Positions 25,538 through 39,362 of a DNA stretch of 64,000 nucleotides are shown one piece after another (within the stretch, counting starts at the first letter, position 1; each line of letters starts with the position of its first letter). The stretch comes from Octopus sinensis (taxonomy: Eukaryota), in NCBI RefSeq assembly GCF_006345805.1, contig NC_043013.1, positions 10,416,001 through 10,480,000 of the forward strand, given 5' to 3'. The translations under genes were made by a program, and so were the position numbers. The notes under the pieces were generated by a model. The model ran no database searches, was not told where the DNA came from, and worked only from the letters and a program-made list of their open reading frames with translations.

Positions 25538-26241
25538 ATATCTCAGAATGTAGGATGCCGAAACAATACTGTTAGGCTAGTTGTCATATTCTGCAAGGTC
25601 TCGACCAATCGAACTCACAAAAAGAATGCATCGAATAATGTGGCTTCGTATTCTTGACACATATGAGTACATGGGCATATAGTCTTAGAATCTTATAGAT
25701 TATAGGAAGCTTCCATCTCAGGGTGATTTGAGCAACAACAATAACTGCAAAATTCATAACAATGGTTATAACAAATGCACTCTGTTATGAGCACTTCTTT
25801 CTAACGACCTTTAACGTGGAAATTCTTACTGCTGGAAATAGTTACAACGAAATCTTCTTAGGTTCTTGTCACTGTACCGTTTATAACAAATGAAGAAAAG
25901 GAAGATTGTGTCTTGGCTGGAATGTCTTGGATCATATGTCTTCTCCATTATAGCTGATCTGCGCAGAAACATCATTATCATCAACAACAGCAACAACAAC
26001 AGCAGCAATAACAATATCAAAAACAATAAAGGACAACAGCGTCGCAGACAACGTCGGTTTACTATGAAAGAAAATACACAATATCAATGACAATTATCTC
26101 AAGTTCGGAAAACAATCAATAAGTTATCAATCAGAAATGCAATGATGCGACTGAAATACGACCAAAATTGTACTGGAGTGACAGAGAAATCAGAGAGTAG
26201 TAATAGTAGTGGTGGTGGTGATGGTAGTAGTAGTAGTAGTA

Positions 26242-26274
<33 letters not shown>

Positions 26275-26329
26275 CAGTATCTATGGTGATTAGAAATTAC
26301 AAACCACCAGATACATGCATGCGTTAGAG

Positions 26330-26572
26330 CAGGGGTGGACAAACTACGGCCCGCGGGCCGCATACGGCCCGCGGGCCGCATGCGGCCCGCCATAGGTTTT
26401 CATGCGGCCCGCCGAGAGGAATATTTCACAAAATTTCCTTTCAATCAATTGTGTGTTTATAGGTCTATAACCGCCTTCAAAAATATTTTCACTTGATTTT
26501 TATAAATGAGGCCCGCCAAGGTTCCAAAGACGCACTGTGCGGCCCGCGATCAAAAAAGTTCGCCCACCCCTG
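26330..26572. mobile_element. Non-autonomous hAT (Charlie-like) MITE, 243 bp, with perfect 8-bp TSD
   Basis: TIR CAGGGGTGGACAAACT / AGTTCGCCCACCCCTG; TSD CGTTAGAG at 26322-26329 and 26573-26580; GGCCCGCGGGCCG subterminal repeats. Confidence 0.92.
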
Positions 26573-26697
26573 CGTTAGAGTGATGTTTATGCTTTGGAAA
26601 ATGGAGGTACACCTCTCAAATATTTTTCTGTATTGGAGCGATAGAGGTGACCTCCAGTTATACGTGCAGCAGCAGCAGCAACTGTGCTAGTAGTAGT

Positions 26698-26729
<32 letters not shown>

Positions 26730-26748
26730 CAGCAGCAGCAGCAGCAAC

Positions 26749-26806
<58 letters not shown>

Positions 26807-26812
26807 ATTCCG

Positions 26813-27465
26813 GAGAAAAATCCACCATTTTTTTCACTTAAATATATTTATTTATATTATGTAGAGGGCATTACTATACATAAATGCCTGGTGAATGTTT
26901 TCTATTATGAGGTTTTTCACGCTAACTACTTGATAAATTCTTATAAAGATTTCATCCTATTTTTAAATTGTAAATTTAACCGGAATATTTTCAGTACAAT
27001 ATTTTTATTCCGAAATTGCACGTTGAAACCGAAATGCAATTCGGAAAAGCCCGCCATTTACATAGATATATAAAGAGTGAACATTTCTATATGCTACGTT
27101 GGATACATTGGTTGTTCGTCTGGTATGTTGATTTTGTCCATTCGTTATAAATCTTGAATTATGCTTGCACTGAGGATTAAAATGTGCATTACTGCACTAA
27201 TTATGAAATCACGTGGTCTGCAGCTAAATTCTGTTTTTAAATGACTTGCTTCGAGAGTTGCATTTGGTATGATGTATTTGTCTATTTTGGTAGTTTTGAC
27301 TTTAAGAGTCCCTCCTAGCATATGGCATTTATGTATAGTAATGCCCTCTATATAATATAAATAAATATATTCAAGTGAAAAATTGGTGGATTTTTTCTCT
27401 TATGAGGTTTTTCACGCTAACTACTAGATAAATTCTTGTAAAGATTTTATCCTATTTTAAAATTA
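26813..27465. mobile_element. Mixed inverted/direct repeat element (A-B...A'-B) with internal HHR
   Basis: 26813-26887 inverted at 27324-27399; 26905-26968 directly repeated at 27400-27463; ends in (TA)n. Confidence 0.8.
27165..27223 (+). ncRNA. Type I HHR, predicted cleavage after GUC at 27218
   Basis: UUGCA-CUGAGGA-UUAAAAU-GUGCA(UUAC)UGCAC-UAAUUAU-GAAA-UCACGUGGU-C-UGCAG. Confidence 0.7.
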
Positions 27466-27744
27466 TTTATATATATATATATATATAATATATATATTCT
27501 TGTCTCAGTCATTAGAATGTAACCATGCTGGTGCACATCCTTGAGGAACTATTAGACGAATGGCTCGAAACCAGTAGTATTTAAACCTGGTACTTATTCT
27601 GTCGATCATTTTTCGCAAACCTCAAAGCAACAAAATCGTTAACTCACCAACACCGTTTGCTAAGCGGTGCGGGGAGACATACACAGACACAAAGGCACAT
27701 GCACGCAAACACAAACATGCTCGCATGCCATCGCACGCGCGCGA

Positions 27745-27796
<52 letters not shown>

Positions 27797-28689
27797 CAAC
27801 ATAAACACATACGTATTTAGAGCAAATCAAATACAAAATATAACAAGAAATGCCCCTGAATCGTTCACAATTGATAGAATGAAATCGAAGTGCAACGCTT
27901 CGGAAATAGTCCTTCTTCAGCTACTAGAGGAAACATTTCAGAGATAGAAGAGAAAAAATAAATCCAGCATAGAGCCAAGAAAAGGCAGGTGGCTGAGGTT
28001 CACGGTCTTCCACACAGGTTTCGTATGACAAATTCACTCACAATGCATTTGTCTGCCCGGAAATATAGAAGGCGTCACCTGCCCTGAGATAGGATTAAAT
28101 TCGAAAGAGCAAAGATGTAAAGCAAGCTTTCGAACAATAGAGTCATGTCTGAGCAATGTCTGAGCATACGTTTAAATATATACAACTTTTCCTTTCTATT
28201 AACATTCCATGACACTTATTTGCATACAAATAGATACCTGCTTTTGCAGACGAATCCTGAAAGAATATTTTATTGAAATATGTTTCATGGATGGGGTATT
28301 TTCTATGCTTAGTTGATTTCCACTTAATAACAAGAGATGATCCACAACAAAAGTATATTTATGCAGTAGATAATATAGATTTTTATCAGCTGTTTATTGA
28401 ATGTTGTGTTTTCTCTATTATACTTAGTAACTACAATGCTATATAGAAATATATATAAGTGCGAACATAAGTGAGACACACACAAAAGCGCGTCGATATA
28501 AATATAGCTACATCATTAAAAAACACATCCATAAATACGCACAGACGCAGATATTTATAGTCATATCCATACCAATACATACACACACATACACATATAT
28601 GTCGTTAATATCTTTAAAGTGCTTCAGCTCTAAAGCTGCGGTCATGCTGGAGTCCTACCGTTGGATGTGCTACACCATTATTTGGAACC

Positions 28690-29400
28690 TCTGATATGTA
28701 GCATCAGGCGAATGAGGGAGTTTGATGCAGCTACTCTTATTTGTGCTTCCTGTCGTGAGGTAGGCTCACCTGGAAACCTCGACAGGAGGAGATCCAGTTT
28801 TGTTTTGGAGACACCTACATCCATACTATGCTGGTCTCTCAGTTATTTTGGAAGGATATTGAAAAGCTAGGAGAGCTTGAAACCCAAGCTGTTTGCAGTA
28901 TTTGGTCCTGTATTTTGATGGAGATGCTGGGATCTTTGGCACTGTGCAGTGGCGCCTCGTGCTGCTGTTTGTGTAATTTCCAATGCTGAAGTTTAGTACG
29001 AGGCTTTCCAGGATTTTCCAAATATATATCACTACATATATTTCCCACCTTCGTTCTAGGGAGAAGATTTTAACTCCTACATTCTTTCTCAGTAGCTGAT
29101 ACTTTGCATTGAGACGATTTCTTGGTGTAGCTTCGATGGATTGCCTCGAGTTCTGCCTTTAATTTTATATTGTGTGGTGATCATAGCTGGGAGCAGTAGT
29201 CCAAACCGCTGAGGACGTATGCCCTCCAAAGGACCATCATTGTCTCTTTCTTAATTGTTTTAAAAGTTCGAAGGATCCATCCAGCTAGCCGTCTGCCTTC
29301 TATCACTGGAAAGATGCATCATTGCTCAAGTCACTACTCAGGTCACGCACTGATTTTGATTCAGGGATTGCAATCCCTCTTGGGATAGTGTATCCTGTCT
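28690..29400 (-). mobile_element. CR1/L2-like LINE ORF2 3' fragment
   Basis: Minus strand LWRAYVLSGLDYCSQL*SPH and YIWKILESLVLNF...KIPASPSKYRTKYC, typical of the post-RT region of CR1/L2-group LINEs. Confidence 0.8.
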
Positions 29401-29645
29401 GCATGACGTTCAACTTTCTGTATTGGTAGCACACAAATTTATTTATCGAGAATCGCTACTCAATCCTTGTTTTTGTTTATATTACTTAATTTTTATTTAC
29501 AGAGTTCTCCGTTCCATAATATACGAAAAATAATCCTTATTTAAGTAAATTCAAATCTGGTTACTTCTAAAAAAAAACTAGTAATATTCTGATGTCCGTT
29601 AGTAGAGCCTAACTCTATATCTATGGGGTAACATGCGTTATAGCT

Positions 29646-29935
29646 ATTGTAGCTCTAAGTTTATATTCATATTTATTACGGAATTCTCCCTACGATAAAT
29701 TAAGTAAATAAAGAACAATTTTGTTAGTTACTTTAAACAATCCTTTTTATGTCAATTACTTTATTGTAGCTCTAAGTTTATCTTCTTATTTATTAAGGAA
29801 TTCTCCCTACGATAAATTAAGTAAATAAAAAGCATTTTTGTTAGGTTTCTCTTCATACTTAATATGGAATTCTCTCTTCGATAAACTAAATATATAAAGA
29901 ACAGTATTCGTTAGTTATTTTAAACAATCATTTTT
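29646..29935 (+). repeat. Degenerate tandem repeat, unit about 118 bp
   Basis: TATTGTAGCTCTAAGTTTAT...GGAATTCTCCCTACGATAAATTAAGTAAATAAA at about 29646 and 29762; partial third unit near 29865. Confidence 0.8.
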
Positions 29936-30372
29936 GAATCAATAACTTTAAATAAAGAGTTCTTATATATTACCAACATAATTATCATTTATTTATTTTT
30001 TACACGTTTTATTACAGTTTCTAGATTATGTAGGACTATGATACTTAATTTATATTCCTATATATTGTTATATTTGTTCTTATAATGGGAAAATATTATC
30101 TCCGACCTAAACGAGTTTAGATTAATATTATTTGAGATATATAGAAATACGTTTCGATAGTTGTAGATTCTATTTACTTAATTATTTTGTCCGTTATAAT
30201 TGTAATTGCTATATAGTTGAAAAGTTAACACTCACGCTCATAATACATAGGTATCTGAATTAATGTTTTACTATCCAGCGGACCTTGCTCACGGAATTTC
30301 GTCTGTCTTTTAACCTTAGCTCTGATGAGACTTATATAAGAGAATTGAATTGTTTGCACATCAAATAATGTA

Positions 30373-31464
30373 CACAGACATGCAGGAAGTAAATAAACAC
30401 CTTTAATTTTCAAAATCTTTTATTTACTACGCAAAGCGAACAATTGAAATGTAATACTTCATAATTTAGTATTTTGTTGACATTCACTTTGCAATTTTTA
30501 ATTCAGAAACTCTTCTTAGCATTGAACTGATGAGCTTTGTGATTGTCTCTTGTGGAATTTCTTCCCACTTTTCACGCAATAATTGAAACAATTCATCTTT
30601 AGATTTAGGTTTCTGTCGAGTTTTTTGTATAGCTCTATTTAGTATGCTCCAAAGATTTTCAGTCGGGTTCATGTCAGGAGATTGGCTCAGCCAAAGAAGC
30701 TTTTTGATCCCATTTTCAGTCAGCCATTATTGATTCCTTTTCCCTGTGTGGCATGGAGCCCCATCGTTTTTCGTTATGTTATCGTGTGAATACAACGGAA
30801 GTGGTCCTTGCTGAAGTATTTCGATGTATTTTCAGAGTTTACGATTCCGACATATTCGATCAGCTCAGAACGACCATTGCTGGTGACAGCTCCCATACCA
30901 TTGTTTAACAGTTGGAGTCGTTTAAAATCAAATTCTTGATTGGGAAACCTCCAGACCACTGTCTAAAAATAATGAAAATCTGGATTCATTTGAGAAAATG
31001 AACTGGATTTTCCTGACATCTTAGCCGATTCAATTCTTTTCATGATATTAAATCGTTGAAGGAGAGGTTTTCTTCTAGCTACTCGTCCATAATACCCAAG
31101 CTTATGCAGATATGTAACAAACGTTCTTGGAGTATCTTCTAGCTGTTGATTATTTTCCTTGCCTTTTGAATTGCACTATAATTCTATTAACAGTAGCAAG
31201 AGGAATTTGAAGATTTTCGGCAATTTTTCGCTGGCTAAGACCAGCCTCAGATTGACCAACAATACGATCTCTTTGAAAATCTGACAGTTCTGCTGAATTT
31301 TTGTGTATGGCATGGTTATTCTTCGCACATGTTTGATATAATGGCACCTGGAATGAAAAAAGAATAATTATACTGAAAATTCTACACCGCTGAAAACATA
31401 TTTAGACGCTCAGATCAGAAATTTTGAAAATTAAAGGTGTCAATTTACTTCCTCCATGTCTGTG
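30373..31464 (-). mobile_element. Tc1-like (DD34E-type) transposon relic with about 45-bp TIRs
   Basis: TIR CACAGACATGCAGGAAGTAAAT...CACCTTTAATTTTCAAAAT at both ends; [14 protein letters not shown] and DMNPTENLWSIL motif. Confidence 0.9.
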
Positions 31465-31592
31465 AATATAAGTCGAAACAAATTCTTGGCGTTTTTCGTT
31501 TTTTAATTAATTTTACGTTATTCTGTCTTATATTATATTCATAGTATATTATATTATAACATAAATAAATTATTGGATTGTATCTCACAATT

Positions 31593-31633
<41 letters not shown>

Positions 31634-32059
31634 GTTTGGGGATTTGGGTTTGCAAGACTCTATGTGACTTCGTGTGTTGAAGCATATTCTGTTGTGTCTG
31701 GGGAGATTCATTCTCTTTTGGTGCCTTATAATTTAACACATTCACCGAAAAAATTTCCACGTATTTCTTTTTATTTTTCTAAAATTTCTTTGCATCATAT
31801 ACATATATATATATGTGTATGTATATGTGTGAGTGTATCGCAAGGCTGTGTGCGTGCCATGTGACAGTGCGTATCCTTGTGGTTAGTGCTTGGTTCATGA
31901 GTATAAGGGTCCAATATCTAGACAAGGCAGTGTGATGTGTACTTGAGCTATGCATTCCCTTTTAAATTCTTGAAACCTAATGAGGCGTAACATGAACAAG
32001 ATGTAAATTCTAGTGCATATATCTCTCTTTCTTTCAGTTGTCATCTGGATGTGAAGAAA

Positions 32060-32146
32060 GATCTTATTTTTCTTCTTCTTCTTTTTCTTCTTCTACTCCT
32101 CTTTCTTCCTCTTCTCCGTCTTCTTCTTCTTCTTCTTCTTTTTCTT

Positions 32147-32200
<54 letters not shown>

Positions 32201-32340
32201 ATACTACTATTACTGCCACTGCTACTACTATTATTACTACTACTACTAATACTACTACTACTACCACTACTAAATTTACTGCCGCTGCAGCTGATGTTGT
32301 TGTTGTTGTTGTTGTTGATGATGATGATGATGATGGTGAT
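32060..32340. repeat. Compound (CTT)n/(CTA)n/(GTT)n/(GAT)n microsatellite
   Basis: Visible; explains the poly-S/T/L/V ORFs. Confidence 0.95.
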
Positions 32341-32612
32341 AGTGAGGATACTGCCTCCGTTGCGTTTGCTGTTGTCACAATTCTGTTTAACGATTCCTTA
32401 GTGATCACCCTCATGTTTAACAATAAATACCTCAGTCATCACCCTTATGATCAAACGCATTCCTTTCATGACCATCTCGTCGTTTACCTTATATATGCAT
32501 CCGGACTCCAGTACGACAAGCATGTCGAGCAGCTAAGAAGAGGTTCTCTCCACATCGACAGCTGCTATTGTCCTTGATATTTTATTTTTATTTATTGTGG
32601 TGGCTGTAACAA

Positions 32613-33004
32613 CAGGAGTGGCTGTGTGGTAAGTAGCTTGCTAACCAACCACATGGTTCAGGGTTCAGTCCCACTGCGTGGCATCTTGGGCAAGTGTCTT
32701 CTGCTACAGCCCCGGGCCGACCAATGCCTTGCGAGTGGATTTGGTAGACGGAAAATGAAAGAAGCCCGTCCTGTATATGTATATATATATATGTGTTTGT
32801 GTGTATGTTTGTCCCCCTAGCATTGCTTGACAACCGATGCTGGTGTATTTACGTCCCCGTCACTTAGCGGTTCGGCAAAAGAGACCGATAGAATAAGTAC
32901 TGGGCTTACAAAAGAATAAGTCCTGGGGTCGAGTTGCTCGACTAAAGGCGGTGCTCCAGCATGGCCGCAGTCAAATGACTGAAACAAGTAAAAGAGTAAA
33001 AGAG
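32613..33004 (+). mobile_element. SINE family A, near consensus
   Basis: Nearly identical to 13908-14316. Confidence 0.92.
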
Positions 33005-33977
33005 AGAGTAATGGTTGTGGTGGTGTTAGTGGTGTTTTTATCCTCCCCTCAGCAGTTATATATAAGATGTATATCATCATAGATGTTCCAACCATGATCA
33101 TCCCTTGTCAATATATACTGGACTGCAGTCTCTGATGTATTATCCAGGTTTTATATGAGAAAGGATAGATAATCGAATTGAGCAAAAGATTATTTAATCG
33201 TTCCCTCATTATATTCTGTTTCATAAAGTTGTATTTGTGACCTTTGCTACCAACGCTACTGTTGTAGTTTGTATCCAGGTCAACCATGTCGTATAAGGGG
33301 TTCATCTCTCAATGTTGACAGAACATCTGTTTATCATTGATCAGGGGCATATTTATCGTTCCGTGACCAGCCGAAACCGTTCTTCTCTGACGGAATAAAC
33401 AGGCTTTTGGACCGCTAGAAGTGGATTGAACAGTAAGGAGACTACGTCGAAAATGGCTTTAATTGTTCAACTCCGGCTTTTGTTTCAGTAAATTAAAGAA
33501 AAAAAAAGAATACGTATAATTTTGATACTTAGAATCCAACGTGCGCGCGCATACATAGACACAGACACACACAACTAGTGAATGAAAAGGAAGCAAGCAT
33601 AAACAGTACTAAAATGCCTCGGACAGAAGATCTGTTGAGTCGGAAGTGATCTGTGTTTAACGACTAACTATTAGTGTTTCAGTTATATATGAATATGTGT
33701 GCATGTATGTATGTATGTATGTATGTATGTATGTATGTATGTATGTATGTATGTATGTATGTATGTATGTATATATATATATTATATATATATATATATA
33801 TAGTGATAGATAGATGAATACATATATATATATGTACATATATGTATAACCATGAGAGAGAAATGGATATATGTCTATATGTATGTATATACATATATAT
33901 ATATCCGTATATATGCATGTTTATTTACATATGTACATATATCCATATACGCACACACATATATATCTATGTGCGTG

Positions 33978-34008
<31 letters not shown>

Positions 34009-34376
34009 CTATGTGTGTGTTTGTGAGTGTGTGTATGTACAGCATACAGTAGTTTAAACGTATACACAGCCATTTTTCGGATGCTCGCTTTAATGTGTCA
34101 GTGTTTTTAGTACATATATATATAAATATAGCAATAAATGTATGTGTAAACATATCGCAAATAAAGAACTACGTATATAAAATGATGCATTAGTTGAGTA
34201 ATGGTATTCAACATAATTCCTGGCAAAGTTCCCATTCAATAGTCGGTAGAGCCTAATGCTTGGAATACAGTCAACTGGACATCTTACGAATTTCTTTGAC
34301 CATTTCCAAACTTTTAATCATCTCTTACGAAGTAGTGATACTAATCTTCAATATACATACATACATACATACATAC

Positions 34377-34409
<33 letters not shown>

Positions 34410-34461
34410 TCTACTATGTTCTCTATATTCTTTGTATGACTATGTGTGCGTGTGTGGTATG

Positions 34462-34514
<53 letters not shown>

Positions 34515-34580
34515 ATGCAGGGATAATTAGATAGATAAACAGATAGATAGATACATACATACATACATACATAGACAGAC

Positions 34581-34693
<113 letters not shown>

Positions 34694-35416
34694 TATAGCT
34701 AGATAGATTTAAATGTCGTTGTCTATGTGTGACGAGAGAAAGCGAATGAATGTTATACTGAATAAGTGGTAGATAAATACTAAGCTAAATGAGACCTAAT
34801 TGATTGGATGTGAGAGATTTTGAAAGTGAATCAGAGACAGGCAAACATATACAGTGGCAGAAATGGAGAGAGATATAGCGAAAGAGAGGAGGTGAATGAT
34901 GACGGGGTTATGGTATTAGGCATACTGAAAACGAAAGGGAGAAAAAAGGTGATGGGAAGGAAAACAAGCGTGGAGTTCCCTTGAACATTTTTCAAACGTT
35001 AAATACTTCCGATAACAATGTACGAAACGTAACATCGATTTGTGGCTTTAGAGAATTCACGGAGACTTTTTGGGAGAGACCAAATTAATCCCTGCGAGCA
35101 AATTCGACGACAGTAAATTATTTGCACAACGCATCTATTCAGAAAACCACTCCGACCAGCATAACCCCCTTGAGAGTCTTTGATACATTTGCTGGCTGTC
35201 ACAAAGCCAAGTATTTTATAATTGTTTGTTGGTAGATTGGTTGGTGTAACACAGCGGAAATTTAGTTTGAAATGAAAAGACAAAAATGATGTCTTTGGTG
35301 TTATTCCGGAAAGAGTTATATGTGTTTATGTGTGCGTATGTGCGTGCGTGTCTGAATGTGTATTTATCTATATGTATATACACATTATATATGCATCAAG
35401 GCACATAATCATGCAC

Positions 35417-35457
<41 letters not shown>

Positions 35458-35564
35458 TGTATACATATGCATGTTTATAATTATAAATGCGGATGCAAAA
35501 ATTCAAAAGAAAGCTAAATATAGGGAAAGAAAAGGAAAAGGAAGAGGCACGAATAAAAAAGGAA

Positions 35565-35595
35565 GTAGTAGCAGCACTAGTGGTGGCAGTGGTGT

Positions 35596-35691
<96 letters not shown>

Positions 35692-35762
35692 CAGTAGCAG
35701 TAGCAGCGGTAGTAGTAGTAGTATTAGTAGTAGCAGCAGCAGTAGCAGCGGTAGTAGTAGTT

Positions 35763-35824
<62 letters not shown>

Positions 35825-35928
35825 TGTTGTTGTTGTTGTTGTCAACGATGCTCTCTAATACTGGAATCGGTATCAGTACTATAAATGCTGGGCATCCCGA
35901 GACAAACCTGGCAATAATCAACAATATT

Positions 35929-35959
<31 letters not shown>

Positions 35960-35975
35960 GCAACGATAACAACAG
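35565..35975. repeat. (AGT)n/(AGC)n/(AAC)n microsatellite array
   Basis: Visible. Confidence 0.95.
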
Positions 35976-36624
35976 CATTTAGCATCCTTTAACATCAATA
36001 TTAGCAGCAATAACAGTATTCACAATAGCAACAACAACAACAACATGAACAATATATATACACGTAGTAGATATAATGTTGGGTGAGAAGCTATGTTTGT
36101 TTCCGTAGACAGGTTACAAAGAGTTTCCTTTCACGTCCTTAACGAGGGGATGCAGTGCGCACGTTGTATGTATAAGCTTTATAATGTGTGCGTATTTGTG
36201 TGTGCTTGTGTGTGGTGGAACGAATTTTGTAAACTAAGAAGGTTAAATGGTTTTATTTTATTATTATAATTTCTTTTTGTTATGCTTTTTGTTTCCCTTT
36301 TCAAATGAGCAAAACCTGCCATGTCCTTAGGGATCGGCGAAATGACAGACTCCGGGTAAATTTACGAGATAATAAACAAGTCATTTTTCAGAATACCAAC
36401 CATGCTAAACGATTTCGGTCACTGACAAAGTAACTACTTCACCTCCAGCAGCAAACCGAACAAGACTAGAGTCCTGCACGTGGAAATCTCTACGGTAGCA
36501 CTCCATCTATAAGAAAAATTGTAGCCAAATTTCCCTCATGTCGCAAAAGCACGTGACTTATGATTGAATCACATTTGCTCATTTTTTTTTTACCTTTCAG
36601 ACCTTCAATACAGTATCGTTCATA

Positions 36625-36790
36625 GCCGCAGGCGTGGCTGTGAGCTAAGAAGCTTGCTTCTCAACCACATGGTTCCAGGTTCATTAACACTGAGTGGCAC
36701 CTTTGGCAAGTGTTTTCTACTATAGCCACGAGCCGACCAAAGCCTTGTGAGTGGATTTGGTAGACGGAAGCTGAAAGAAGCCCATCGTGT
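36625..36790 (+). mobile_element. SINE family A, 5' half
   Basis: GGCGTGGCTGTGAGCTAAGAAGC...GTGGATTTGGTAGACGGAAGCTGAAAGAAGCCC. Confidence 0.85.
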
Positions 36791-36884
36791 ACATATATTA
36801 ATAAGTAAATAAATATATATATATACATAAATAAATAAATATATATATATATATACATACATATATATATATATATATAAATAT

Positions 36885-36950
<66 letters not shown>

Positions 36951-37100
36951 ATAAGGGCAGAAATTGATATTAATCAATTAAAACCTAGCATACTTTTAAA
37001 AAATCCGAAGATTAAATTTTTTTTTTACAAACAAAATTTAGAGAACTGACCACTAAAAGTATATAGGCTGTCCACTTTTAGTGGTCAGTCTTCTAAATTT

Positions 37101-37142
<42 letters not shown>

Positions 37143-37504
37143 TACATACATACATACATACATACATACATACATACATACATACATACATACATACATA
37201 CATACGTATGTATATACATATATATATGTATGTGTATATATATAAATATATATATACATACATATGTATGTACATACATGTGTGTGTGTGTGTGTATGCA
37301 TTTGAATTAGTGTGTGCGTAAGTATTTGGTACTAGAGCACAACAAGAAACTCGGTATGGACCAAGTGATTGGCGCAGATCAACACACTATAAAAGAGCAT
37401 TATTTTTATTTCTTTTTTATCACAGGTCTTCTCGGAACTCCTGGAGTCATCCATTCATCTTCTTCTTCTTAATATTAATATTATTATTATTATTATTATT
37501 ATTA

Positions 37505-37537
<33 letters not shown>

Positions 37538-38129
37538 CATTATTATTATTATTATTATTATTACTATTACTAATATTATTGCTAATGAAAACAGACATTG
37601 AAAGAGAAGAATCGAAAGCAAAACAGGCACAACTAACCCACATTCCCATACTGCCATCCAGCCACACAAACCCACATCCGAGCTAGCAAATACACAAAAA
37701 CATGCACGGATGTATACATACAGTTTTTCTAACAATGAAATGTTGACTTATGTAGGTACTATTGGTTGTTTATACAGTGAGATAACAAGACTGGTGTTTT
37801 ATTCTAAATATATTGCTTTGTCATTTGTTAAACGTCTGTTCTCGCAAATGTCTGCTATTTTTATTTTTTTTTTTTTCATTCAATTTCTGTTTGCTGTTGC
37901 GTTTTTGCTGATTTTATGGTATTATTTGTTTACCTGAATTATATTTATTTATATTTTTTATCTATTTATTGATTACATTGCTGTCGTACATACATACGTA
38001 CATACATACAGGAATACACACATAGATGCATACATGAATAAAACTACATACAACTCCGTCTGTTTCGACGATGAGTATTTCAGTTATTCGTTTCAGTTGT
38101 TCAGTCCACTGAACTGCCGATATATTGGT

Positions 38130-38700
38130 TTCAAATTTTGGCACAAAGTCAGCAGGGTCGGGGGTGGGCATGAGTCGGTTACGTCGACCTCAGTATTCAA
38201 ATGGAACTTATTTTATCAACGCCGAAAGGATGAAAGGCAAAGTCAACCACAGCGAAATTTGAACTCAGAACGTAAGAACAGGTGATAAACCGATAAGCAC
38301 TTTTCCCTGCGAGCTAACGATTTTGCTAGCTCACTGCATTAAAAAAAAAAACTGGTGATATATTCAATTATAGCGCAATCAGGCCTTTCAGTACACCGTC
38401 TATTTGCTTTCCCCATTGAAGTGCCACAGTAGATGCCATGATTTTTGTCAGCCATCAAAAGACAAACAGAAAATGACTGAATTTTATACAGAGCTGGCAG
38501 AATCGTTAAGCACGCCGGGCGAAATGCTTAGCATTATTTTGTCTGTCTTTACGTTCTGAGTTCAAATTCCGCCGAGGTCGTCTTTGCGTTTCATCCTTTC
38601 GGGGTTGATAAATTAAGAACCAGTTGCATATGTTGACTGCCCCCCACCCCAAAAAAAAAAAAATTCCGGGCCTTGTGCCTAGAGTAGAAAAGATTATTGC
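38130..38700. mobile_element. Two SINE B copies in opposite orientation (38130-38340 minus; 38490-38700 plus)
   Basis: GGATGAAAGGCAAAGTCAACC versus GGTCGTCTTTGCGTTTCATCC. Confidence 0.8.
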
Positions 38701-39218
38701 GTATTTTATGACAAGGAGAATTATAAAATTTTAAATAAATTTACTTGAAATTGTGTTTTTAAAATTCTATTTACAATTTTTAAATATAGTTTATTATTTT
38801 AAAGATTATTTTTTCCACTTGGGTGCCGGCATGGTCGCCTTATTAAGAAAATCGCTTTGTAACCCTGTCATCACGATTTTAGTCTCGTTACGCAGCATCT
38901 TAGGCATCTCGGGACGACCAATACCTTATGAATGAATATGGTTGACGGGAATTGTGCATGTTTGTGTGTTTGTTCGTGTTTATCCCCCATAGGACTGTGG
39001 TTTATATCTCCGTAATGTAAAGCTTCGGTAGAAGAGAACAATAGAATAACTACCATACTAAAATATAAGTATTGGAGTCGATTTCTTTGACAAAACCCTT
39101 TAAGTCGGTGCGCCAGCATGGTTGCATTTCAAAGAAACAAGTAAAAAGTATGCATGTATATCATTCTGTGTCTGTCTGTTTGTCTCCCTTCCACTATCTC
39201 TTTCTCTCTCTCTCACCC

Positions 39219-39259
<41 letters not shown>

Positions 39260-39362
39260 TTTATTTAAAGCATATTACTCTACCACTGGTATTTGAGTAC
39301 TCTTTTTTCCACCTTGTTTCACATTTATGTGTTTACTCCGGTATATATATATATATATATAT

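Noticed and set aside
33330-33400. TTGATCAGGGG...CAGCCGAAACCGTTC as an HHR
   Set aside because: Core doubly mutated, stems I and II do not pair; not distinguishable from chance
34999-35283. 94-aa non-repetitive minus-strand ORF
   Set aside because: No recognisable domain or convincing splice context
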